Below, one piece after another: positions 1-14,209 of a stretch of 64,000 nt of DNA. Location of the stretch: contig CAVOSK010000006.1 of the NCBI GenBank assembly GCA_963698855.1, forward strand, positions 80,661 through 144,660, given 5' to 3'. The notes beneath the pieces are model-generated. The model searched no databases, was not told the DNA's origin, and was given only the letters and a program-made list of their open reading frames with translations. The DNA comes from an uncultured beta proteobacterium (GTDB lineage: Bacteria; Pseudomonadota; Gammaproteobacteria; Burkholderiales; Thiobacillaceae). Every line of letters starts with the position of its first letter. Position 1 is the first letter of the stretch. A program made the position numbers and the translations under genes.

Positions 1-30
1 TGGAGTAGGTCGCCTGCCGCTTACCTAACC

Positions 31-58
31 ACCGTTCGCCCTGAGCTTGTCGAAGGGC
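31..58 (+). repeat. REP-like palindrome ACCGTTCGCCCTGAGCTTGTCGAAGGGC (CGTC/CGTT class)
   Basis: Recognisable short REP-type motif; inverted copy at 1549-1576. Confidence 0.75.
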
Positions 59-395
59 CTGATCGTTTTAGTTGAAATGTTCGCCAGACCACTGACCGTT
101 GGCCGGGGGTAGCCCGGCAGCAAGTTACTTTCTTTTGTCTCGCCAAAAGAAAGTAACCCAAGAAAAGGCGACCCCGCTCATCCCCGAAATCCCGAAAATC
201 GAACCTGCCGGGTGGGCGGCAAAGAACTCGCCCCGCTTTTGCTGTTTTGAATTGGTTTTTTGTGAGCGGGGCTCAAACACCTTTGCCGCTGATCCACCCG
301 ACAGGCTCAATTTTCGGCGGGACTGAGAGGGGATTAAAGTCAAAACCAGGGCAGTAATAACTGGAGGATTTGTGTACCTGTGTTACGACACCCCA

Positions 396-428
396 GGTGG
401 ATAACGGCCTTCGGCCTCATCCGCCTAC
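396..428 (-). repeat. GTAG-type REP
   Basis: Minus strand GTAGGCGGATGAGGCCGAAGGCCGTTATCCACC: a GTAG tag followed by an imperfect hairpin. Confidence 0.8.
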
Positions 429-445
429 ACGTGCTAAGCATCGAC

Positions 446-1132
446 TTATTTTTCAGGCAATGGCTTCATCGGAAGCGGTGCCTTGAAACTATTTAACTTC
501 CAAGTTGCGCACCATTCATTTGCCAAAGACTCCCGCAGGATGGTTTTGTATTCGGGTTGGGTAAGGCTGCTGTTGATTTGCTGGACGTCTGCCACTGAAA
601 CATAACCCTTCACGCGTGCAGCTCGCTGGATGTCTTCTTCGCGCCCATTGTTGACAATCAGGTTAATTGCCTTGAACTCGGCAGGAAGCTGCAATAAGGG
701 AATGCGCTGCCATGCTTTACCGTCGTATTTGAAGATGACATAAGGTGGGTTCGGCCGTCCCCACTTGTTGTAGGCAAGACATAAATTCGGCTCAGCTACG
801 ATGTAGGGCGTGCCGTTCAACACATTCAGGGCCAGCAGATTAAGGTTGGCGCGTCCGACGTCTTCGCTGTATTCGCTCTTGAAGGCGAGGGTCTTGTTTG
901 AATGGGGTAGGGAGAATGAAATGGTGTGCTCCCTGATCGGCGGTGACTGCCCGATTTCATGCCGCCCGCCATGACTTTGTGACCGCTCCACAATGATCTT
1001 GTTGCCATCGTGCAGCAGCACCTCTTCCTTCCAGCTCGTCTTCCCACCCATCGCGCACGCGCTCATGCCGGCCCCCAGGATGATCAGGGAAATGCCCAGC
1101 AGCCAATTCGTCATTTGAGTTTTATTCTTCAC
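446..1132 (-). CDS. Uncharacterised probable lipoprotein (WKEEVLLHDG family)
   Basis: Clean ORF with GTG start and GGAGG RBS, hydrophobic signal followed by MSAC lipobox-like motif, lower GC than its neighbours. Confidence 0.75.
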   Translation of the reverse strand: MKNKTQMTNWLLGISLIILGAGMSACAMGGKTSWKEEVLLHDGNKIIVERSQSHGGRHEIGQSPPIREHTISFSLPHSNKTLAFKSEYSEDVGRANLNLLALNVLNGTPYIVAEPNLCLAYNKWGRPNPPYVIFKYDGKAWQRIPLLQLPAEFKAINLIVNNGREEDIQRAARVKGYVSVADVQQINSSLTQPEYKTILRESLANEWCATWKLNSFKAPLPMKPLPEK

Positions 1133-1164
1133 GCCTCCAACCTCCATTCAAAACAACAGTCCGC

Positions 1165-1212
1165 GTAGGGCGGACGAGCACCCTGAAGGGCGTAAATTGC
1201 GCGTTATCCGCC
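1165..1212 (+). repeat. GTAG-type REP
   Basis: GTAGGGCGGA...TATCCGCC hairpin. Confidence 0.75.
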
Positions 1213-1576
1213 GGATCTTGATGTAACACAAGCATGCAAACCATCCAGCCCACCGCCCTGGTTTTGACTTTAATCCCCTCTCAGTCCCGCCGAAAATTGG
1301 GCCTGCCGGGTGGATCAGCGGCAAAGGTGTTTGAGCCCCGCTCACAAAAAACCAATTCAAAACAGCAAAAGCGGGGCGAGTTCTTTGCCGCCCACCCGGC
1401 AGGCTCGGTTTTCGGGGTTTCGGGGATGAGCGGGGTCGCCTTTTCTTGGGTTACTTTCTTTTGGCGAGACAAAAGAAAGTAACTAGCTGCCGGGCTACCC
1501 CCGGCCAACGGTCAGCAGTCTGGCGAACACTTCAACTAAAACAACCAGGCCCTTCGACAGGCTCAGGGCGAACGGT
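1165..1576 (+). repeat. Right arm of the ~400-bp inverted repeat
   Basis: Inverted copy of 31-428; contains the perfect 14-bp stem GTTACTTTCTTTTG-gcgaga-CAAAAGAAAGTAAC. Confidence 0.92.
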
Positions 1577-1594
1577 GTGTGGTATGCCATTCAC

Positions 1595-2051
1595 TCAAAG
1601 AGTCTGCACAAACCCCAACACCTCCCCCGCATGCCCCGGCGCCTTCAACCCCCGCCAGCTCTTCACCAGCTTTCCCTTCCACATCAAACACAAACGTGCT
1701 GCGCTCCACCCCGCGCACCTGCTTGCCATACATGTTCTTCAGCTTCATCACCCCGAACAGTTCGCAGACCTTTTCATCGGTGTCGGCAAGCAACTCGAAC
1801 GGAAACTCATGCGTAGCCTTGAAGCCTTCATGCGACTTGATGCTGTCGCGCGAGACGCCCACCACAATCGTGTTGGCCTTGGCGAAATCCTTGTACAGGT
1901 CACGAAACTCCTGACCTTCCAGCGTGCAGCCGGAGGTGTTGTCCTTGGGATAGAAGTAGACGACGACATTCTTGCCGCGATGCTCGGACAGCTTGAATGT
2001 GGTGTCGCCGGTGGAGGGCAGTTCGAAATCCTTGATAACGGGATCGCTCAT
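1595..2051 (-). CDS. bcp: Peroxiredoxin Bcp/PrxQ (one frameshift near 1669)
   Basis: YFYPKDNTSGCT motif. Removing one A restores the C-terminus GKLVKSWRGLKAPGHAGEVLGFVQTL*. Confidence 0.9.
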
Positions 2052-2063
2052 GGTTGGCCTTTC

Positions 2064-2723
2064 TTAACGGGTAGAGGATTTGAGTAAAACGATGACTGCG
2101 CCGGCGCCGCCATCGACGGTGCGGGCCTGGCAGAACGCGAGGACGTCTTCGCGCTGCATCAGCCAGTGGCGCACCTTGTTTTTCAGCACCGGCAGGCGGT
2201 TCTTCGAGCCGTAGCCCTTGCCGTGGATGATGCGAACGCAGCGCCGGTCTTCGAGATGGCAGCGGTTGAGAAAGGCGGCCAGCGCCACGCGGGCTTCGTC
2301 GCCGGTGTGGCCGTGCAGGTCGAGTTCGCCGCGGATGACCCAGCCGCCGCGCCGCAGTTTCCGGAGCGCGGCGGTGGGCACGCCGGGGCGCACGAAGACG
2401 AGCTCCTCGCCGCTTGAAACGGCAGCATCCCAGTCCCACGGATCGGACAGCGCATCGACCATGACCTGCTGCTCGTCGCGCAGGCGCTGGCGGGCGAGGG
2501 GTTTGGGACGCGGGCGTGCGATGTCGGCGCGATTGGACGGCGGCAGCGGGACGGCATCGGCGACCGCGCGACGAAACAGCACCGCACCGTCCGGTTGCGG
2601 TTTCGGCTTGTGCGGCGCCTGGTGCAGGGAGGCGGGGGCGGCAGCTTGCTCGCGCAACGCGCGGCGCACGCGCGACAGCGCCTCGAACGAGGCGGGCGCG
2701 AGCGCGCTGCGGCTGCGCTTCAT
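2064..2723 (-). CDS. Smr/MutS2 domain endonuclease (SmrA-like)
   Basis: LDLHG and IIHGKGYGS...VLK motifs, GGAGAVIVLL. Confidence 0.9.
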   Translation of the reverse strand: MKRSRSALAPASFEALSRVRRALREQAAAPASLHQAPHKPKPQPDGAVLFRRAVADAVPLPPSNRADIARPRPKPLARQRLRDEQQVMVDALSDPWDWDAAVSSGEELVFVRPGVPTAALRKLRRGGWVIRGELDLHGHTGDEARVALAAFLNRCHLEDRRCVRIIHGKGYGSKNRLPVLKNKVRHWLMQREDVLAFCQARTVDGGAGAVIVLLKSSTR

Positions 2724-2729
2724 GGGCTA

Positions 2730-3735
<1,006 letters not shown>

Positions 3736-3927
3736 CTAACCAATCTTGGCGACGGCATTTCCATGCTGTTCGCCCGGTATTCATTTCATGCGATCCATCC
3801 GGCGCTGGATGAAACCCGCCTGTGTCGCCGCCTCGCATCCGGATGGAATATCCGCGATTTATCCCGATCAGTCATAACGATTAAGATATGCGGGATAATT
3901 CACGGCACTTCTGTTCGTAAAGTCTCC

Positions 3928-6196
<2,269 letters not shown>

Positions 6197-6200
<4 letters not shown>

Positions 6201-6899
6201 GCTTTTATGCGCTGATTCCCGCCGCCGGCACGCGGTTCGCGCATGGGCGGGAACATTGAAAAGCAGTACATGCCGCTCAATTCGGTTCCCATGATCGCGC
6301 ACGCGATGATGGTACTGGCGCGCGAGCCGCGCATCGCCAGGCTGTTTATCGTGCTCTCGCCTACCGACAAACGCTGGAACAACTACGCATGGCAGGGCTG
6401 GGAAGAGCGCATCGAAGTGCTGCGCTGTGGCGGCGCCACCCGTGCCGAAACGGTGCTGAATGGCCTCGACGCCATCTCCAAAGTCTGCGCCGCCGATGAC
6501 TGGGTGCTGGTGCACGATGCCGCGCGGCCCTGTTTGCCGGATGAAATGCTGGCGAAGTTGCTGGACGAAGTCGCTGATGACCCGGTCGGCGGCCTGCTTG
6601 CCGTGCCGGTAGCCGACACCCTCAAGCGCGCCGCTGCCGAGTCGGCATCCGGCGTGCGGGCCGAAGCCACCGTGCCGCGAGCCGGCCTGTGGCAGGCGCA
6701 AACCCCGCAGATGTTCCGTCATGGCATGCTGGTCCAGGCGCTGCGCGCGGCCGGCGGCGACATGACCGACGAGGCGTCTGCCATCGAACGAATTGGCCTT
6801 CAGCCCAGGCTGGTCGAGTCCGACAGCCGCAACCTCAAGATCACCTACCCGCAGGACCTCGAACTGGCGAGCCTGATACTGGGGAAGCTGAATGCGTGA
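6197..6899 (+). CDS. ispD: 2-C-methyl-D-erythritol 4-phosphate cytidylyltransferase (frameshift near 6232)
   Basis: ALIPAAG.GSRMG...[28 protein letters not shown]. Confidence 0.95.
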
Positions 6900-7375
6900 C
6901 ATCCGGGTCGGCCACGGCTTCGACGTCCATGCCCTCGTCGAAGGCCGCAAGCTCATCATCGGCGGCGTCGACATTCCACACGAACTGTGGCCTGGCCGGT
7001 CACTCCGACGCCGACGTGCTGCTGCACGCGATCTGCGACGCGCTGCTGGGCGCGGCCGGGCTGGGCGATATCGGCCGGCATTTTCCGGATACCGACGCCG
7101 CGTTTTCCGGCATCGACAGCCGCGTCCTGCTGCGCCGTGTCGCCGAGCAATTGCAGCAGCGCCGCTGGCGGGTCGGCAACGTCGACGCCACGATCATCGC
7201 GCAGGCGCCGAAAATGGCGCCGCATATCGCGCGCATGACCGCGCACATCGCGGACGACCTCGGCGTCGCCATCGACCGCGTCAACGTCAAGGCCACCACC
7301 ACCGAAAAACTCGGCTTCACCGGGCGCGGCGAAGGTATCGCCGCCGAAGCGGTGTGCCTGATCGAGCGTGACTGA
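6892..7375 (+). CDS. ispF: MECDP synthase (frameshift near 6987)
   Basis: [45 protein letters not shown]. Confidence 0.95.
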
Positions 7376-7925
7376 TTCCGGTCTTCCTGAATCCCCGCGG
7401 GCCAGCCCCGATACCCTGCGCCTGTTCTTTGCCCTGTGGCCGGATGCCACCACCCGCGACGCGCTCAACCGGACGGGCAAGTGGCTGCACCAGCACTGGG
7501 GCGGCCGCCGCATGCGCGCCGACACCTTGCACATCACCCTGGCGTTTCTCGGCAGCACGCCGGCCGAGCGGTTGGACGACTTGATCGCCTGTGCCGACAG
7601 CGTCCGGTCGGAGGCGTTCGAACTGGTCCTCGACCAGGCCGGCTACTGGCGCCACAACCGGATCGGCTGGCTGGGGGCGAGCGAGACGTCGCCGCAACAC
7701 GTCGAACTGGTCGGCACATTGAATACGGCTTTGCGGGATGCCGGCTTTGCCATCGACGCCCGCCCGCACGTGCCCCATGTCACGCTGCTGCGCCATTCCA
7801 CTGGCGGCGAAGTGCCTCTATGCATGCCGGTGCGCTGGCCGATCAGCGATTTCGTGCTGGTGAAGTCCATCACCGAGTCCAGCGGTGCACAGTATGATGT
7901 GATCCGACGCTGGCCGCTGGCGTGA
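7368..7925 (+). CDS. thpR: RNA 2',3'-cyclic phosphodiesterase (2H family)
   Basis: RLFFALWP and two HxT motifs (LHITL, PHVTL). Confidence 0.9.
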   Translation: MTDSGLPESPRASPDTLRLFFALWPDATTRDALNRTGKWLHQHWGGRRMRADTLHITLAFLGSTPAERLDDLIACADSVRSEAFELVLDQAGYWRHNRIGWLGASETSPQHVELVGTLNTALRDAGFAIDARPHVPHVTLLRHSTGGEVPLCMPVRWPISDFVLVKSITESSGAQYDVIRRWPLA

Positions 7926-7987
7926 AAAATGCGCGCAGGATAGTCTTGCGGCCTTCTGATACAGCACGATTCTGATCCCTCCTCGAT

Positions 7988-9457
7988 ATGCCGGAATTCA
8001 GTCAAGACCTCAACGCGCTGCTCGATGCGCGCTTCCCGATCCTGGTCAGTGAAACCCATGAGGAATCGCGTTTGCTCGGGCGCGTGCGCGAAATCTGTAC
8101 GGCGCGTGAGGTTCCGCTGTTTGTCTGGAGTCTGGCGGATGGACTCAAACGCAGCACCGAGACAAGCGCTGTGTATAACACCAACGAATTTTCCGATGCT
8201 CTGAAGCATGTCGATGCGACGCCGCAGAACGGTCTGTATGTATTTCTGGACGCCCATCCGTTTTTTTCCAGTCCGCTGAATGTACGGCTGATGCGCGAAA
8301 TTGCCTTCGATCATTACCGCCGCGACCGCACGCTTTTGTTCGTCAGCCCCGGGCTGGACCTGCCGCCGGAACTGGCCCGCATGTCGGCGCGGCTCGCCAT
8401 GCCGGGCATCACGGCCGGCCGGGTGCGCACGCTATTGAAGGAGGAGTTCGATCGCTGGCAGCGCGACACGCGGCGCAGTCTGCGCATCGACCGCGACATC
8501 CTGCCTCTGCTGGTGCATCAACTCGCCGGACTGGGCGAAGATGAAGCGCAGCGCCTGATTCGCCAGGCCATCAACGTGGACGGCGAACTCAACCTTGGCG
8601 ATGTCAAGCGCATTGCGCGATTCAAACAGGACCAGCAGGCCAGCGCGCTGGAAATGGAATTGCCCGACGTCACGCTGGACGATGTCGGCGGATTAGGACG
8701 CCTCAAGACCTGGGTCGGCCAGCGGCAGGCGGTATTTCAGAACCCGGCGCTGGCCCCTGGATTGCCCGCGCCCAAAGGGATCCTGCTGCTCGGTGTGCAG
8801 GGGGCGGGCAAAAGCCTGGTCGCCAAGGCGATAGCCGGAAGCTGGAAGGTGCCGCTGCTGCGGCTGGATTTCGCAGCCCTGTACAACAAGTACATCGGCG
8901 AAACGGAAAAGAATCTTCGGCGGGCCCTCAACGAAGCGTCACGCATGGCACCGTGCCTGCTGTGGATGGATGAGATCGAAAAGGGGCTCTCGGCGGGTGA
9001 CGCCGACGACGGCGTTTCGCAGCGCATTCTCGGTACCCTGCTGACCTGGATGAGCGAGCGCGATCACCCGGTGTTCGTCGTCGCTACCGCCAACGACGTC
9101 AGCAAGCTGCCGCCGGAACTGCTGCGCAAGGGCCGTTTCGACGAGCTCTTTTTCGTCGACCTGCCGACCGCACCGGTGCGCGAGGTCATTTTTGGCCTGC
9201 ACCTGAGAAAGCGCGGTCTCGACCCGGCCGGATTCCAGATGCCCGGCCTGATCGAACTCAGCGAAGGCTATTCGGGCGCGGAAATCGAACAGGCCATCGT
9301 GGCGTCGCAGTATGCGGCCCTGGCTGAAGGCGGGGCACTGATGCATGCGCATGTCGAGCGCGAACTCGGCCAGACACGCCCGCTTTCCGTGATCCGCGCC
9401 GAGGATTTTGAACGCTTGCGTAGCTGGGCGAGCCAGCGCTGCGTCATGGTGGACTGA
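7988..9457 (+). CDS. AAA+ ATPase, Ycf46/SpoVK-like
   Basis: GVQGAGKS Walker A, LWMDEIEK Walker B, ATAN sensor, LRKGRFD arginine finger; degenerate N-terminal AAA-like region. Confidence 0.85.
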   Translation: MPEFSQDLNALLDARFPILVSETHEESRLLGRVREICTAREVPLFVWSLADGLKRSTETSAVYNTNEFSDALKHVDATPQNGLYVFLDAHPFFSSPLNVRLMREIAFDHYRRDRTLLFVSPGLDLPPELARMSARLAMPGITAGRVRTLLKEEFDRWQRDTRRSLRIDRDILPLLVHQLAGLGEDEAQRLIRQAINVDGELNLGDVKRIARFKQDQQASALEMELPDVTLDDVGGLGRLKTWVGQRQAVFQNPALAPGLPAPKGILLLGVQGAGKSLVAKAIAGSWKVPLLRLDFAALYNKYIGETEKNLRRALNEASRMAPCLLWMDEIEKGLSAGDADDGVSQRILGTLLTWMSERDHPVFVVATANDVSKLPPELLRKGRFDELFFVDLPTAPVREVIFGLHLRKRGLDPAGFQMPGLIELSEGYSGAEIEQAIVASQYAALAEGGALMHAHVERELGQTRPLSVIRAEDFERLRSWASQRCVMVD

Positions 9458-9539
9458 CCCGGGGTGGCCAAAAAATCCTGCGCAAGGTGGTTTTTTCTCG
9501 ACAGGAATAAGGCCTTTCGGTTATGATGCGCCCCGCATT

Positions 9540-9616
9540 AGGCGCGTAGCTCAGCTGGTTAGAGCACCACCTTGACATGGTGGGGGTCGTTGGTTCGAGT
9601 CCAATCGCGCCTACCA
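9540..9616 (+). tRNA. tRNA-Val(GAC)
   Basis: Cloverleaf: AGGCGCG/CGCGCCT acceptor stem, CCACC-TTGACAT-GGTGG anticodon arm, GGTTCGAG T-loop, encoded CCA. Confidence 0.97.
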
Positions 9617-9762
9617 ATTTAATTGGTCGGCATCAGCCGGCCTTATTGGGGATGGATCCCTCTGGAGGTTGCGAAATGTCACCGCGAACTAGCAAGGCTG
9701 TCACTGGATAACAACCCGGCGCATAGCTGTTCGCAGAGTTTCTGCAATCTTTACAAGCAACA

Positions 9763-9794
9763 CCTGAAAGCGCGGCCGGTCCGCGCTTTTTTCG
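9763..9794 (+). terminator. Hairpin plus U-tract upstream of thrS
   Basis: AAAGCGCGGCCGGTCCGCGCTTTTTT. Confidence 0.6.
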
Positions 9795-9811
9795 TTTCTG
9801 GAGTTTGAATC

Positions 9812-11719
9812 ATGGTCAACGTTACGCTTCCCGACGGCTCGGTCAGGCAATTCGACGCCCCGGTCACGGTCGCGCAGGTCGCTTCCAGCATCGGCGCCGG
9901 CCTCGCCAAGGCGGCGCTCGCCGGGCGGGTGAACGGCAAACTGGTCGATACCAGCCATCTGATCGACGCCGATGCGCAGCTGTCCATCGTCACCGACAAG
10001 GACGCCGACGGTCTCGACATGATTCGTCATTCCACCGCGCACCTGCTGGCCTACGCGGTGAAGACGCTGTTCCCGGACGCGCAGGTCACCATCGGCCCGG
10101 TGATCGAGGACGGCTTTTACTACGATTTCGCGTACAAGCGCCCGTTTACGCCGGAAGACCTGATCGCCATCGAGAAGAAAATGGTCGAACTGGCCAAACA
10201 GGACATCCCGGTCGAGCGCAGCGTGATGCCGCGCGACAAGGCGGTGACCTTCTTCAAGGAGATGGGCGAGGTCTACAAGGCCGAGATCATCGCGTCGATC
10301 CCGAGCAACGAGGACATCTCGCTGTACCGCGAGGGCGATTTCATCGACCTGTGTCGTGGCCCGCACGTGCCGTCGACCGGCAAGCTCAAGCATTTCAAGC
10401 TGATGAAGCTGGCCGGCGCCTACTGGCGCGGCGACTCGAAGAACGAGATGCTGCAGCGCGTGTACGGCACGGCCTGGACGAAGAAGGACGACCTCGAGGC
10501 CTACCTGTTCCGGCTGGAGGAAGCCGAGAAGCGCGACCATCGCCGGCTGGCGAAGCAGCTCGACCTGCTGCATCTGCAGGACGAGGCGCCGGGCATGGTG
10601 TTCTGGCACCCCAAGGGCTGGATCGTGTGGCAGCAGATCGAGCAGTACATGCGGCAGAAGTTCGTCGAGTACGGCTACCAGGAAGTCCGCACCCCTGCGG
10701 TGATGGACCGCAGCCTGTGGGAGAAGTCCGGCCACTGGGAAAACTACCGCGAGAACATGTTCACCACCGCGTCGGAAAACCGCGACTATGCGGTCAAGCC
10801 GATGAACTGCCCGGGCCACGTGCAGATTTTCAACAGCGGCCTGCATTCGTATCGCGACCTGCCGCTGCGTCTGGCCGAATTTGGCTCGTGCCACCGCAAC
10901 GAACCGTCGGGCGCGCTGCACGGCATCATGCGCGTGCGCGCCTTTACCCAGGACGATGCGCACATTTTCTGCACCGAGGACCAGATCGAAGCGGAAGTGG
11001 CCGACTTCATCGTGATGCTGCAGAAGTGCTATGTCGACTTCGGCTTCAACGACGTGCTGGTCAAGCTGTCGACACGACCGGACAAGCGCGTCGGTTCGGA
11101 CGAGAGCTGGGACAAGGCGGAAACCGCGCTGGCCGCGGCGCTGGACAAGAACGGCCTGGCCTACGACCTGCAGGCGGGCGAGGGCGCGTTCTACGGTCCC
11201 AAGATCGAGTTCACGCTGAAGGACACGCTCGGCCGGCTATGGCAGTGCGGCACGATCCAGCTCGATTTCAACCTGCCGGTGCGCCTGGGCGCCGAGTTCG
11301 TCGACGAGGACAACAGCCGCAAGCCGCCGGTAATGCTGCACCGCGCGATTCTCGGCTCGATGGAGCGCTTCATCGGCATCCTGATCGAGCACCATGCCGG
11401 CAATTTCCCGCTGTGGCTGGCACCGGTGCAGGTGATGGTGATGAATATCAGCGAGCACCAGGCCGCTTATGCGCAAAAAGTCACACAGGCCCTGCGCCAG
11501 GCCGGCATCCGCGCGGTTTCGGACTTGAGTAATAACAAGATTACCTATAAAATTCGGGAACATAGCTTGCAGAAGCTGCCTTATCAGGTGGTCGTCGGCG
11601 ACAAGGAAGTGGAGACCGGAGCGGTTTCCGTCCGTGCCCGCGGCAACCAGGATCTGGGGCAGCTTGGTTTGGATGACTTGATTGCGCGCCTGAAACAAGA
11701 GATCATGGCGCGCCAATAA
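9812..11719 (+). CDS. thrS: Threonyl-tRNA synthetase
   Basis: TGS domain, [43 protein letters not shown]. Confidence 0.99.
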   Translation: MVNVTLPDGSVRQFDAPVTVAQVASSIGAGLAKAALAGRVNGKLVDTSHLIDADAQLSIVTDKDADGLDMIRHSTAHLLAYAVKTLFPDAQVTIGPVIEDGFYYDFAYKRPFTPEDLIAIEKKMVELAKQDIPVERSVMPRDKAVTFFKEMGEVYKAEIIASIPSNEDISLYREGDFIDLCRGPHVPSTGKLKHFKLMKLAGAYWRGDSKNEMLQRVYGTAWTKKDDLEAYLFRLEEAEKRDHRRLAKQLDLLHLQDEAPGMVFWHPKGWIVWQQIEQYMRQKFVEYGYQEVRTPAVMDRSLWEKSGHWENYRENMFTTASENRDYAVKPMNCPGHVQIFNSGLHSYRDLPLRLAEFGSCHRNEPSGALHGIMRVRAFTQDDAHIFCTEDQIEAEVADFIVMLQKCYVDFGFNDVLVKLSTRPDKRVGSDESWDKAETALAAALDKNGLAYDLQAGEGAFYGPKIEFTLKDTLGRLWQCGTIQLDFNLPVRLGAEFVDEDNSRKPPVMLHRAILGSMERFIGILIEHHAGNFPLWLAPVQVMVMNISEHQAAYAQKVTQALRQAGIRAVSDLSNNKITYKIREHSLQKLPYQVVVGDKEVETGAVSVRARGNQDLGQLGLDDLIARLKQEIMARQ

Positions 11720-11807
11720 AGTGGGTCAGGCAAGGCGCAGGGATCGATCCCGCGCCTTGTTTGCATTTTTACCCCGGTGATCGCGGGGATGTTTTGGAGA
11801 ACAGCTC

Positions 11808-12332
<525 letters not shown>

Positions 12333-12458
12333 CGGTTTACGAGACCGGCGTTTCTCGGCCCGTTCGGGGTCTAATACGCCACACAATACGTGCAGTCGGG
12401 TTGGTGAAGCATTCCATGCCATGGGATCACCTGGCCGCATGAGATAAAAGGAAGCATC

Positions 12459-12656
12459 ATGCCTAAGATGAAGAGCAAGAGCGGCGCCGCCAAGCGGTTC
12501 CGTGCGCTGGGCAGCGGCAAGTTCAAGCGCTCGCACGCGTTCATGCGTCACATTCTCACCAAGAAGAGCACCAAGCGTAAGCGCCAGTTGCGCGGCATGG
12601 AAACTGTCAATGCCAGCGACCACAAAGCGATTGCCCGCATGTTGCCCTACGCTTAA
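12459..12656 (+). CDS. rpmI: 50S ribosomal protein L35
   Basis: [29 protein letters not shown]. Confidence 0.98.
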   Translation: MPKMKSKSGAAKRFRALGSGKFKRSHAFMRHILTKKSTKRKRQLRGMETVNASDHKAIARMLPYA

Positions 12657-12668
12657 AGGAGAGAATAG

Positions 12669-13028
12669 ATGCCACGCGTCAAACGGGGCGTAACCGCCCG
12701 AGCCAGCCACAAGAGAATCCTCGATGCCGCCAAAGGCTATCGCGGTCGTCGTAAAAACGTATTCCGTGTCGCCAATGAAGCGGTGATGAAGGCCGGTCAG
12801 TACCAGTACCGTGACCGTCGTCAGCGCAAGCGCCAGTTCCGCGCACTGTGGATTGCCCGTATCAATGCCGCTTCACGTCAGCATGGCCTGACCTACAGCG
12901 TGTTCATGAACGGCCTGTCCCGTGCCGAGATCGGGATCGACCGCAAGGTGTTGTCCGACATCGCGATTTTCGACAAAGATGCCTTTGCCAAGATCGTCGA
13001 ACAGGTCAAGGCCAAGCTGGCGGCTTAA
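12669..13028 (+). CDS. rplT: 50S ribosomal protein L20
   Basis: [28 protein letters not shown]. Confidence 0.98.
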   Translation: MPRVKRGVTARASHKRILDAAKGYRGRRKNVFRVANEAVMKAGQYQYRDRRQRKRQFRALWIARINAASRQHGLTYSVFMNGLSRAEIGIDRKVLSDIAIFDKDAFAKIVEQVKAKLAA

Positions 13029-13041
13029 GCCGTCAAACTGT

Positions 13042-13073
13042 AACAAAAAAAGGCCGCAAGGCCTTTTTTTGTT
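13042..13073 (+). terminator. Rho-independent terminator after rplT
   Basis: AACAAAAAAAGGCCGCAAGGCCTTTTTTTGTT perfect hairpin. Confidence 0.85.
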
Positions 13074-13168
13074 GGTTGTTTCATTTTTCCGGATTCAGAA
13101 TCCGCCTGGCCACTCACCATTGCGAGTTGCTTGATTTGGAAATGAAATAAGCGAAACGAGAACTCGCC

Positions 13169-14193
<1,025 letters not shown>

Positions 14194-14209
14194 ATAGGGC
14201 GCATACATC

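Larger units (their letters stand above)
31..428 (-). repeat. Left arm of a ~400-bp inverted repeat (CGTT-type REP + ~290-bp structured element + GTAG REP)
   Basis: Reverse complement of 31-352 matches 1256-1576 with 12 mismatches in 322 bp by hand alignment. Weaker similarity continues to the REP at 396-428. Confidence 0.92.

Noticed and set aside
99-1508. Twin ORFs of 72-82 aa (99-326, 125-343, 1234-1482, 1281-1508)
   Set aside because: They are translations of the two repeat arms; palindromic GC-rich sequence with no RBS or protein-like features.
9617-9811. tRNA-mimic translational operator in the thrS leader
   Set aside because: I could not identify anticodon-like CGU stem-loops by eye; only a terminator-like hairpin is supported.
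13030-13168. pheM-like attenuator leader before pheS
   Set aside because: No short Phe-rich ORF with an RBS; only the rplT terminator hairpin is evident.
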